DNA of 24,000 nucleotides from Oscillospiraceae bacterium. GTDB taxonomy: Bacteria; Bacillota; Clostridia; UBA1381; UMGS1253. Location of the stretch: assembly GCA_015068725.1 (NCBI GenBank), contig SVKA01000003.1, forward strand, positions 79,346 to 103,345, in the 5' to 3' direction. This document shows, in pieces, positions 17,097-24,000 of this stretch (positions are counted from its first letter, which is position 1; the number at the start of each line of letters is the position of its first letter). A program made the translations under genes and the position numbers. The notes below the pieces were generated by a model. The model did no database searches, was not told the DNA's origin, and saw nothing but the letters and a program-made list of their open reading frames with translations.

Positions 17097-17936
17097 ATGC
17101 ATGACAAAATTGTTCCCGGTCCGTTTGACACCGGCGAGCGCCACGATTTTCGTGAGGCTGTATGCATACATACCGACAAAATTTACGACCAATGTCGCGA
17201 CAAGGATTGCCTTACCGATTTGAGAGTATATCTTACCCCCTATGGTCAGGAGCTTGTCAACAAATCAATAAATGTAAAAATACGTAAAGCTGAAATTATC
17301 TGGGTATATTCAGACATCGAAGCCGTTCCGTTTAATCGTGGCTATTACAGTGTAGACTTAAAGTACTTTTTCAAAATTACACTCGATGTTTTCACAGGTG
17401 TTGGAAAGCCCTGCAAGGTAGAAGGTCTTGCAAGCTTTGACAAAAAGGTTATCCTCTTTGGCTCGGAGGGTAATGCCAAGGTATTTTCGTCAAGCTATCG
17501 CAGTGGCGGCATAGACCCGCAGGATTGGCAAAAAACAAATATGCCAAAAGCAATAATAGAGGTAGTTGAGCCAATAGCTCTTGCAAGCAAGGTTGTTGAG
17601 CCGGGCGACAAGTGTTGCTGTTGTTGTGAGGAAACAGACCTTAGTGCAGTTCCTGCAGATATATGTGGCATATTCGAAGACAGTTTGGTTTTTGGCGGCG
17701 ATGACAAGCGCGTTTTGGTAACAATAGGCGTATTCTCTATCGTAAAGCTTGAAAGAAGCGTTCAGCTTCTCATACCTTCGTACGATTTCTGTGTGCCATG
17801 CAAGGAATGTGTAACTGCAACAGACGAAAACCCGTGTGATTTGTTTGAAAGAATAGAATTCCCGGTTGACGAATTTTTCCCACCGGCAGCTTTTGACGGC
17901 GATACGCCCTCTTGCGGTTGTGGAAAAGACGACTGA
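17097..17936 (+). CDS. Cysteine-rich hypothetical protein (16 Cys in 279 aa, including a CCCCC run); no signal peptide or TM segment
   Basis: Strong SD AGGAGG (17083-17088) lies 8 nt before the ATG, and the gene has a clean terminator. Cys motifs are CIHTDKIYDQCRDKDC, GDKCCCCCEE (TGT TGC TGT TGT TGT at 17613-17627), FCVPCKEC and SCGCG. I recognise no enzyme motif. Confidence 0.85.
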   Translation: MHDKIVPGPFDTGERHDFREAVCIHTDKIYDQCRDKDCLTDLRVYLTPYGQELVNKSINVKIRKAEIIWVYSDIEAVPFNRGYYSVDLKYFFKITLDVFTGVGKPCKVEGLASFDKKVILFGSEGNAKVFSSSYRSGGIDPQDWQKTNMPKAIIEVVEPIALASKVVEPGDKCCCCCEETDLSAVPADICGIFEDSLVFGGDDKRVLVTIGVFSIVKLERSVQLLIPSYDFCVPCKECVTATDENPCDLFERIEFPVDEFFPPAAFDGDTPSCGCGKDD

Positions 17937-17960
17937 TTAAATAACCTTATATACAACAAA

Positions 17961-17989
17961 AAGACTGTGGAATTCACAGTCTTTTTTAT
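17961..17989. terminator. Bidirectional rho-independent terminator between the Cys-rich gene (+) and araC-family gene (-)
   Basis: AAGACTGTG (17961-17969) pairs with CACAGTCTT (17975-17983). It is flanked by an A-run upstream and TTTTTT downstream, so it provides a U-tract on both strands. Confidence 0.85.
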
Positions 17990-18750
17990 AATAAGGGTTC
18001 TGTATATTTTTTCTTTCTCCACTGAGCCGGAGATAATCCGGTTTCACGGCAAAATAGCTTGTAAAAATGAGAATAATGGTGAAAACCACTTTTTTGCGCT
18101 ATATCATCCAGCGTGTCAGATGTTACCTCCAATAAATATTTTGCCTGTTTGATTTTCAAGCTATTTATATATTTTGTCGGAGTAACACCAAATTGTTTTT
18201 TAAATATATTAATAAAGTGATTTTTGCTAAAATGAAATCTTTCACAAAGCATTTCCAACGATATATCGCTTAAATCCGATTCATTTATAAAGTTTATAAA
18301 TTTTTCAGCATTGCTTTTTGGCAAATCTTTTTTTTGCAAAAGCAACAGCAGTTCATAAAACCTGGCAGTTTTGTGCACTAACAAAGCGCTGTCATGCGAC
18401 AATTTGTCAAGCTCATACATCAAAGCTTTCATTTGCGAAAAATCAAAAGTTCCTCTAAACGGCAAAGCATTATTATCATCTGAATATTCGCAGTTAAAAT
18501 GAACATACAAATATTTTGGAGAGCTGCTCTCATTTTCTCCTGTTTGATACCTCATCGCTTTTTGAATGTGGTACTCCCCCGGATGCACCTCATATTCAAC
18601 GCCATCCTCGGCAAAACGAAGCACCCCTTCAAAAACCATTACCAATACGTTATATTTGCAAAAACGTGTAATATGATGCTCATGTTCAGAAAAAAATCTC
18701 AATGATGAATGTAAAAATTCAATCGGTTTGTTTAAATCAATACCCTTCAT
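17986..18750 (-). CDS. AraC family transcriptional regulator (cupin-type sensor + HTH_18)
   Basis: The C-terminus carries two HTH units typical of AraC/XylS (FHFSKNHFINIFKKQFGVTPTKYINSLKIKQAKYLL...IAQKSGFHHYSHFYKLFCRETGLSPAQWRK). The N-terminus has a cupin-like AraC_binding region (FEGVLRFAEDGVEYEVHPGEYHI). Confidence 0.92.
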   Translation of the reverse strand: MKGIDLNKPIEFLHSSLRFFSEHEHHITRFCKYNVLVMVFEGVLRFAEDGVEYEVHPGEYHIQKAMRYQTGENESSSPKYLYVHFNCEYSDDNNALPFRGTFDFSQMKALMYELDKLSHDSALLVHKTARFYELLLLLQKKDLPKSNAEKFINFINESDLSDISLEMLCERFHFSKNHFINIFKKQFGVTPTKYINSLKIKQAKYLLEVTSDTLDDIAQKSGFHHYSHFYKLFCRETGLSPAQWRKKKYTEPLL

Positions 18751-18765
18751 AATATCACCATCTTA

Positions 18766-18795
18766 ATTTTATCAAAATCAGTGTGATATTGTCAA
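18766..18795 (-). promoter_or_regulatory. Candidate promoter of the AraC-family gene
   Basis: On the minus strand: TTGACA (18795-18790), an 18-nt spacer, then TAAAAT (18771-18766). The leader would be very short, hence the low confidence. The -35 box lies inside repeat R1. Confidence 0.35.
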
Positions 18796-18850
18796 TAAAA
18801 TATATGAAATAGTCAATGTTCTTTGCAAAACAGATGTGATATAATCAATA
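18782..18850. promoter_or_regulatory. Direct-repeat candidate operator for the AraC-family regulator
   Basis: R1 is TGTGATATTGTCAATA (18782-18797) and R2 is TGTGATATAATCAATA (18835-18850). They match at 14 of 16 positions, in the same orientation, 53 bp apart. A third partial copy, GTCAAT (18812-18817), lies exactly 21 bp from the GTCAAT of R1. Confidence 0.5.
18837..18845 (+). promoter_or_regulatory. Extended -10 element (TGaTATAAT) of the GH127-like gene promoter
   Basis: TGATATAAT sits at 18837-18845, 32 nt upstream of the ATG at 18877 (SD TGAGGTG). No good -35 box is present, consistent with an extended -10 and/or activator-dependent promoter. The element is embedded in repeat R2. Confidence 0.5.
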
Positions 18851-18876
18851 TACAATTCAAAATATGAGGTGATTAT

Positions 18877-20697
18877 ATGATAAATAGATGGAGCTTTTTT
18901 ACTGCAAATGAATTAAAAGCTGAGGGTTGGCTTAAAAAGCAGCTGCAAATTCAGGCAGAAGGACTTGGTGGAAACCTTGACAAAGTATGGAACGACGTAA
19001 AAAACAGTAAGTGGATTGGCGGAGAATGTGAAGGTTGGGAAAGAGTTCCGTATTGGCTCGACGGCTTTATTCCGCTTGCGTATTTACTTGAAAACAAGGA
19101 TATGATTGCAAGAGCAAAAAAATATATTGATGCAATTATTTCGTACCAAAAGCCTGACGGATGGATTTGTCCGTGCGAGGATGAAGAAAGAGAAACCTAT
19201 AACACATGGGCAGTTTTGCTTATAGCAAAGGTGTTTTGCGTGTATTACGAATGTTCAAATGATGAGCGAATTCCAAAGGTAATATACGATATACTAAAAA
19301 ATTATTACGAGCTTCTTAAAGAAGAAAAGATAAAGCTTTTCAGTTGGAGCAAATTCCGTTGGTTTGAAGGCTTTATTGCTATTGAATTTACATATTCAAG
19401 GTATAAAGAGGATTGGCTTATAGAGCTTGCAAAAATTCTTCGCGCTCAGGGCGTAGATTATAACGATTTAACTCCCCTTTGGAAGCGTCCGCTAAATGTC
19501 TGGAAATTCGAAACCCATATTGTAAATATTGTAATGGCATTAAAATATGAAGCTGTTTCGCACAGACTTCTGGGCGAAGAATATACCGATAAAGCAGAGG
19601 ACTTATATAAGCTTTTGTATGAGCATAACGGCACCCCCGTTGAATTGTTTACCGGTGATGAATGTCTGTCAGGTCTTAGTCCTATTCAGGGCACAGAATT
19701 GTGCGCAGTTGTGGAGCAGATGTATTCGTACGAGCTTTTATACGCTCATACAGGCGACTCTAAATGGGCTCAAAGACTCGAGGTGCTTGCCTTCAACGCT
19801 CTTCCGGCAGCATTTAGTGATGATATGTGGGCACATCAATATGACCAGATGAGTAACCAGATTGCGTGCGAGCGTTTTCCGGGAAAACCAATTTTCAGAA
19901 CAAATCGTCCTGATTCGCATTTATTTGGTCTTGAACCGCAGTTTGGTTGCTGCACGGCAAACTTTAACCAAGGTTGGCCAAAATTTGTTTTATCGACATT
20001 TATGCATAATAGTGATGAAATAATAAACGTTGTCAGCGTGCCCTCTGTGCTGGATTGCGACAAAGCATTCATAAAGCTTGAAACCAACTATCCATTTGAA
20101 AATAATTTTTGCTACACAATTAAAGCAAAAAAGGACTTTACGTTTAAAATCCGTATCCCCGACTTTGCAAAAAATCTTATGGTTGATGGACAAAAATCAA
20201 CACATAATGAGCTTGTGTTCAATATAAGTGCCGGCGAAGAAAGACAAATTTGCGTATCCTATGAAACCACACCATATTTTGAAAAAAGACCTCACGATTT
20301 GAACTGCGTAAAATGCGGCTCGCTCGTATTTTCACTACCCATAAGCTACGAAAAGAAAATGCTTGAGTACGAAAAAGACGGTGTTGAAAGAAAATATCCA
20401 TATTGCGATTATGAATATTTGCCAACATCGGATTGGGAGTATGCATACTGTAGTGATGAGCTCGATTTGTGTACACACAAAGTAAATGAAGTGCCGTTTT
20501 CTTCAGAAAAACCCGCTGTAACAATCAAAACAAAGGTAAGAAAAATCGATTGGGGACTTGAAGACGGTTATGAAAGTGTTTGCGCGAAAATACCTCTATC
20601 AAGAATACCTCAATCTCCAGCAAAAGAAATGATTTTGTATCCATACGGCTGCGCAAAGCTAAGAATGACAGAAATGCCCATTGTTGATGGTGAATAA
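18877..20697 (+). CDS. Glycoside hydrolase family 127-like protein (beta-L-arabinofuranosidase / DUF1680-type), cytoplasmic
   Basis: 606 aa with no signal peptide. It contains E-x-C (GTELCAV; Glu274/Cys276, nt 19696-19704) and, 82 residues later, CC (FGCCTANFNQGW; Cys358/Cys359, nt 19948-19953). This resembles the Glu338/Cys340/Cys417/Cys418 zinc and nucleophile site of Bifidobacterium HypBA1 as I recall it. The gene is divergent from an AraC regulator. Confidence 0.65.
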   Translation: MINRWSFFTANELKAEGWLKKQLQIQAEGLGGNLDKVWNDVKNSKWIGGECEGWERVPYWLDGFIPLAYLLENKDMIARAKKYIDAIISYQKPDGWICPCEDEERETYNTWAVLLIAKVFCVYYECSNDERIPKVIYDILKNYYELLKEEKIKLFSWSKFRWFEGFIAIEFTYSRYKEDWLIELAKILRAQGVDYNDLTPLWKRPLNVWKFETHIVNIVMALKYEAVSHRLLGEEYTDKAEDLYKLLYEHNGTPVELFTGDECLSGLSPIQGTELCAVVEQMYSYELLYAHTGDSKWAQRLEVLAFNALPAAFSDDMWAHQYDQMSNQIACERFPGKPIFRTNRPDSHLFGLEPQFGCCTANFNQGWPKFVLSTFMHNSDEIINVVSVPSVLDCDKAFIKLETNYPFENNFCYTIKAKKDFTFKIRIPDFAKNLMVDGQKSTHNELVFNISAGEERQICVSYETTPYFEKRPHDLNCVKCGSLVFSLPISYEKKMLEYEKDGVERKYPYCDYEYLPTSDWEYAYCSDELDLCTHKVNEVPFSSEKPAVTIKTKVRKIDWGLEDGYESVCAKIPLSRIPQSPAKEMILYPYGCAKLRMTEMPIVDGE

Positions 20698-20701
20698 AAC
20701 T

Positions 20702-20737
20702 AAAAAAGCCTTCTCAATTACCGAGAAGGCTTTTTTG
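20702..20737. terminator. Bidirectional rho-independent terminator between the GH127-like gene (+) and carboxypeptidase gene (-)
   Basis: AGCCTTCTC (20707-20715) pairs with GAGAAGGCT (20723-20731), with a 7-nt loop. AAAAAA lies upstream and TTTTTT downstream. Confidence 0.88.
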
Positions 20738-20739
20738 CT

Positions 20740-21885
20740 TTACGCTACGCTTTCGAGCCATTTCATTATTACGCGCCCAAAAAGTGTGCCATAAGTAATT
20801 CTTTTTACATCTGCTGCCGAAATTATATCAACCGCTGCAAGCTGTCCTGATGAATTATTAACTACTATTTCACCGATTTTGTCCCCCGCTTTTACGGGTG
20901 CAGTAATATTTTCATAAAATACAAGCTCACGCGTAATATCTGTGTTTGCCCCCTTTGATGTAAGCGCATCATAGTTATCCTTTGCTACTGCCAAAACGTT
21001 GCTTTCTGTGCCATGCAAAACGCCAACCTCTCCAACAGCTTCATCCTTTGTTACAATTCTCTTTATCGCATAATTTGCAAAACCATAATCAAGCATTTTT
21101 GATGCATCAGAAAATCGGTTTGCAGATGTGGGAGCTGCCATTACAACGCATATAAGCTGCAAATTATCCCTTAGTGCGCTTCCTGCAAGACAACAGAGCG
21201 CTTTATCGGTAGAGCCTGTTTTGAGTCCGTTTGCGCCCTTATAAAAGCGTATAAGCTTGTTTGTATTGGCAAGCTGAAATTTCCCGTCTCGCAGACTATC
21301 CATCCATATTGTCGTATATTCAAAGATTTTAGGATACTTTAAAAGCTCACGCGACATAATCGAAATATCGCGCGCAGATGAATAATGTCCATCAGCATCA
21401 AGTCCGTTTGTGTTTACAAAGTTTGTATTAGTCATACCAAGCTCTGATGCACGCGTGTTCATCATAGAAACAAAGCCTTCCTCGCTTCCTGCGATAAACT
21501 CCGCCATCGCTACACACGCATCGTTTCCGCTTGCGACCGCAATACCCTTTAACAAATCGTGTACGCTCATCTCTTCGCCCGTATCAAGAAAAATCGTTGA
21601 GCCGCCCATACTTTTTGCACGCTCACTTGCAACAACGGTGTCTGTAAGTGAAATTTTGCCACTTTCAATAGCCTCCATAGTAAGAAGCATCGTCATAACC
21701 TTTGTAACGCTCGCAAGAGGTAATCTTTCATCGGGATTTTTCTCAAAAAGCACCTTGCCGCTACTTTGTTCAATGAGTATTGCAGATTTTGCCGTAAGTT
21801 CAAGCGCTGGCGCATCGGCGCAAACGCATATACTGCCCATGCAAAAACATAAAGTTAATATTATTGCCAAAACTTTTTTTAACAA
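20740..21885 (-). CDS. Serine-type D-alanyl-D-alanine carboxypeptidase (peptidase S11, PBP5-like), secreted; second paralogue in the window
   Basis: SxxK (ASVTKVMT), SxN (ASGNDA) and KTG (LKTGST) are present, with a signal peptide (MLKKVLAIILTLCFCMGSICVCADA) and a PBP5_C-like tail. The start is a TTG at 21885, 7 nt downstream of GGGAGG. Confidence 0.9.
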   Translation of the reverse strand: MLKKVLAIILTLCFCMGSICVCADAPALELTAKSAILIEQSSGKVLFEKNPDERLPLASVTKVMTMLLTMEAIESGKISLTDTVVASERAKSMGGSTIFLDTGEEMSVHDLLKGIAVASGNDACVAMAEFIAGSEEGFVSMMNTRASELGMTNTNFVNTNGLDADGHYSSARDISIMSRELLKYPKIFEYTTIWMDSLRDGKFQLANTNKLIRFYKGANGLKTGSTDKALCCLAGSALRDNLQLICVVMAAPTSANRFSDASKMLDYGFANYAIKRIVTKDEAVGEVGVLHGTESNVLAVAKDNYDALTSKGANTDITRELVFYENITAPVKAGDKIGEIVVNNSSGQLAAVDIISAADVKRITYGTLFGRVIMKWLESVA

Positions 21886-21941
21886 CTAAAAACCCTCCCA
21901 TACATAACCTTGTATTACAAGACTATGCATAAGGAGGGTTT
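21886..21941 (-). terminator. Long imperfect hairpin: probable oadA terminator whose 3' arm contains the SD of the downstream carboxypeptidase gene
   Basis: In the minus-strand RNA, AAACCCUCC (21941-21933) pairs with GGAGGGUUU (21898-21890). Inner partial pairing includes CUUGUA/UACAAG. The structure is followed by UUAG and then the TTG start. The U-run totals 5. Confidence 0.5.
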
Positions 21942-21965
21942 GTTATTCTGTTTTATGCGCTTTTA

Positions 21966-23372
21966 TCAAACAGGATACGTCTTTGCATCCATATCGATGT
22001 ATTCAACGTCAAGCTTGTATTTTTGCGCACGGCGCCACTCAAAGAATTTAACTGCAACAGGTCCGAACAATGCATATGACAACACGTCCTCATCCTGCTC
22101 GATAAACTCTTTTATCTCGCTTCTTAATTTTTCAAGTTCAGGCTCAATCTTATCAGCAGGACGACAAGTAATTCTCTCTTCATCGCCGATAATCTTTTTA
22201 ACCATTTCCTCGCTAATCGGCACAGGAGTCTGTCCGTATTCGCCGCGTACTATACCCTTTGTTTCTTTTGAAACCATCTTATAACGCTCGCCTGTAAGTA
22301 CGTTAAGCACTGCCTGTGTACCTACAATCTGGCTCGACGGTGTAACAAGCGGAGGATAACCAAGGTCTTCACGCACACGCGGAACCTCTTTTAATACTTC
22401 CATAAGCTTATCCTCTTTACCCTGTTGTTTAAGCTGAGAAACAAGGTTTGAAAGCATACCGCCCGGAACCTGATACAAAAGTGTGTTTACGTCTACACCC
22501 ATTACCTTTGTACTCATAAGTCCTGAGTCAAGGTATTTTTCACGAAGAGGTCTGAAATAATCAGCAATCTCTGTCAAAAGCTCCAAATCATAGCCCGTAT
22601 CATAAGGCGTTCCCTGAAGAGCAGCAACCATTGACTCTGTTGCAGGCTGCGATGTACCCATAGACATAGGCGACATAGCACAGTCGATAACATCTACACC
22701 TGCTTCGATAGCCTTCATATATGTCATCGAGGCTACACCGCTCGTGTAGTGTGTATGAAGCTGAATCGGAATCTTTACCTTTTCCTTGATTGATTTTACA
22801 AGGTCGTACGCTGTATAAGGAAGAAGCAAGCCTGCCATATCCTTGATACAAATTGAATCTGCGCCCATCTCTTCAAGCTGTTTTGCAAGATTTGCAAAAG
22901 ACTCGTTATTGTGAACAGGGCTTATTGTATACGAAAGTGTTGCCTGAACGTGTGCTTTTGCCTCATTTGCAGATTTTATTGCTGCCTTAAGGTTTCTCAC
23001 ATCGTTTAACGCATCAAAAATACGGATTATATCAATACCATTGTCAACAGATTTCTTTACAAAATAATCAACAACATCATCTGCATAATGCTTATATCCG
23101 AGGATATTCTGACCTCTGAAAAGCATCTGTAAGGGAGTGTTTTTAGCCTTATCCTTTATTTTACGAAGTCTTTCCCACGGATCCTCGTTTAGAAAACGAA
23201 GGCACGCATCAAATGTAGCACCGCCCCATGCTTCGAGTGAATTATATCCTACTTTGTCGAGTTTCTCGACTATGGGCAATATCTCATCAGTCGTCATACG
23301 CGTAGCAATAAGCGACTGATGGGCATCTCTTAATACTGTTTCTGTAATTTTTACAGGTTTTTTTACTGCCAT
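21966..23372 (-). CDS. oadA: Oxaloacetate decarboxylase alpha subunit-type carboxyltransferase (HMGL-like + PYC_OADA domains), lacking a biotinyl domain
   Basis: SD GGAGG 7 nt upstream. N-terminal ITETVLRDAHQS, the carbamylated-Lys context SICIKDMAGLL, and the metal ligands LHTHYTSG. At 468 aa the protein ends without an (A/V)MKM biotin-attachment motif. It lies directly downstream of an OadB-type gene. Confidence 0.85.
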   Translation of the reverse strand: MAVKKPVKITETVLRDAHQSLIATRMTTDEILPIVEKLDKVGYNSLEAWGGATFDACLRFLNEDPWERLRKIKDKAKNTPLQMLFRGQNILGYKHYADDVVDYFVKKSVDNGIDIIRIFDALNDVRNLKAAIKSANEAKAHVQATLSYTISPVHNNESFANLAKQLEEMGADSICIKDMAGLLLPYTAYDLVKSIKEKVKIPIQLHTHYTSGVASMTYMKAIEAGVDVIDCAMSPMSMGTSQPATESMVAALQGTPYDTGYDLELLTEIADYFRPLREKYLDSGLMSTKVMGVDVNTLLYQVPGGMLSNLVSQLKQQGKEDKLMEVLKEVPRVREDLGYPPLVTPSSQIVGTQAVLNVLTGERYKMVSKETKGIVRGEYGQTPVPISEEMVKKIIGDEERITCRPADKIEPELEKLRSEIKEFIEQDEDVLSYALFGPVAVKFFEWRRAQKYKLDVEYIDMDAKTYPV

Positions 23373-23438
23373 ACTATAACCTCCTTTGTATTAAGTCAAA
23401 TATAAATTAAAGCAATTCGTCTGTTATTTTTCGCATCA

Positions 23439-24000
23439 TTATTTTGCAAACATTGAAAGAAATACGCCTGCTGCAACTGCACTACCAATAACACCCGCAA
23501 CATTCGGGCCCATTGCATGCATAAGAAGGAAGTTTGACGGATTTTCCTTTTGTCCAACACTCTGTGATACACGTGCAGCCATCGGTACAGCAGATACGCC
23601 TGCGCTACCGATAAGTGGATTAACCTTACCGCCCGTGAATATATACATAAGCTTTCCGAGCAATACTCCGCCTGCCGTACTGATTGAAAATGCGACCAAG
23701 CCAAGTACTACAATCATAAGCGTTTCAAGTGTAAGGAATGTGCTTGCTGTAGCTGTTGCACCAACAGTTACGCCAAGGAATATCGTAATAATATTAATAA
23801 GCTCATTTTGTGCAGTTTTGCTTATTCGGTCAACAACACCACACTCTTTGAACAAGTTACCAAGCATAAGCATACCAACAAGCGGTATTGCATCGGGAAT
23901 TATCAAACCCACAACGATTGTAACAATTATCGGGAAAATAATTTTTTCTCTCTTTGATACTTCGCGAAGCTGTTCCATTACAACGCTACGTTCCTTCTTT
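23439..24000 (-). CDS. oadB: Sodium ion-translocating decarboxylase beta subunit (OadB/GcdB/MmdB family), 5'-truncated by the window edge
   Basis: A hydrophobic polytopic C-terminal half with the family signature [18 protein letters not shown] and the ending ...[16 protein letters not shown]. The reading frame stays open upstream of the ORF-track ATG (23978) all the way to position 24000 (..[13 protein letters not shown]..), so the true start is outside the window. Confidence 0.85.
   Translation of the reverse strand, partial: KKERSVVMEQLREVSKREKIIFPIIVTIVVGLIIPDAIPLVGMLMLGNLFKECGVVDRISKTAQNELINIITIFLGVTVGATATASTFLTLETLMIVVLGLVAFSISTAGGVLLGKLMYIFTGGKVNPLIGSAGVSAVPMAARVSQSVGQKENPSNFLLMHAMGPNVAGVIGSAVAAGVFLSMFAK

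Noticed and set aside
16990-17223. 77-aa plus-strand ORF starting in the AT-rich promoter region and overlapping the Cys-rich gene out of frame
   Set aside because: It starts at a TTG within a T/A-rich promoter tract with no SD, and it overlaps a gene that has a strong SD. It is likely spurious.
15599-17936. Idea that the Cys-rich protein is a RiPP precursor (sactipeptide/ranthipeptide/SCIFF-like) matured by the neighbouring radical SAM enzyme
   Set aside because: The radical SAM protein carries an HhH motif and is paired with a DUF4130-type partner, matching the DNA modification/repair family. I see no SPASM-type auxiliary Cys clusters. The Cys-rich ORF is 279 aa with no leader/core organisation. 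The two are divergently transcribed from separate promoters.
21410-21889. 159-aa plus-strand ORF opposite the second carboxypeptidase gene
   Set aside because: It is antisense to a gene with a complete PBP motif set, and its Ser/Ile-rich product has no features. It is a shadow ORF.
1-24000. Search for mobile elements, CRISPR arrays, tRNA/rRNA genes, riboswitch-sized leaders and phase-variable homopolymer tracts
   Set aside because: I recognised no transposase or integrase-like ORF, no terminal inverted repeats flanking the AraC/GH127 module, no regularly spaced repeats and no cloverleaf-like segments. The intergenic regions are at most about 220 nt. A/T homopolymers reach only about 7-8 nt, which is unremarkable in AT-rich DNA. 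Absence is judged by eye only.

Overview
This window looks like a mostly core-chromosome segment of an AT-leaning Firmicutes/Clostridia-type bacterium. That assignment is inferred from gene content, GGAGG-type ribosome-binding sites, frequent TTG/GTG starts and a lepA-hemW pairing; no database search was possible. I support 20 protein-coding genes. On the minus strand at the left edge are an S11 DD-carboxypeptidase and rdgB. A stand-alone gene follows, encoding a zinc-ribbon/TM/beta-propeller-repeat protein, then radA. A tightly packed plus-strand run follows: murJ, a long O-antigen-ligase-family protein, a GT4 glycosyltransferase, two tandem DUF4330-like paralogues, lepA, hemW and an amidohydrolase. 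Next is a minus-strand radical-SAM + DUF4130-type pair (putative DNA modification/repair, function unknown), then a divergent orphan cysteine-rich protein with a CCCCC run. An AraC regulator sits divergent from a GH127-like glycosidase. The right end carries a second S11 DD-carboxypeptidase and the oadB-oadA genes of a Na+-translocating decarboxylase (oadB runs off the right edge). I saw no rRNA, tRNA, CRISPR array, transposase or integrase. Several ORF-track starts are over-extended; RBS, promoter and terminator positions point to shorter genes. The best candidates for uncharacterised biology are four: (1) the radical-SAM/DUF4130 cassette, (2) the 16-Cys orphan protein next to it, (3) the murJ/ligase/GT4/2xDUF4330 envelope module, and (4) the zinc-ribbon protein with about 10 PD40-like blades. 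All family assignments rest on motif recognition by eye and need HMM or structure confirmation.
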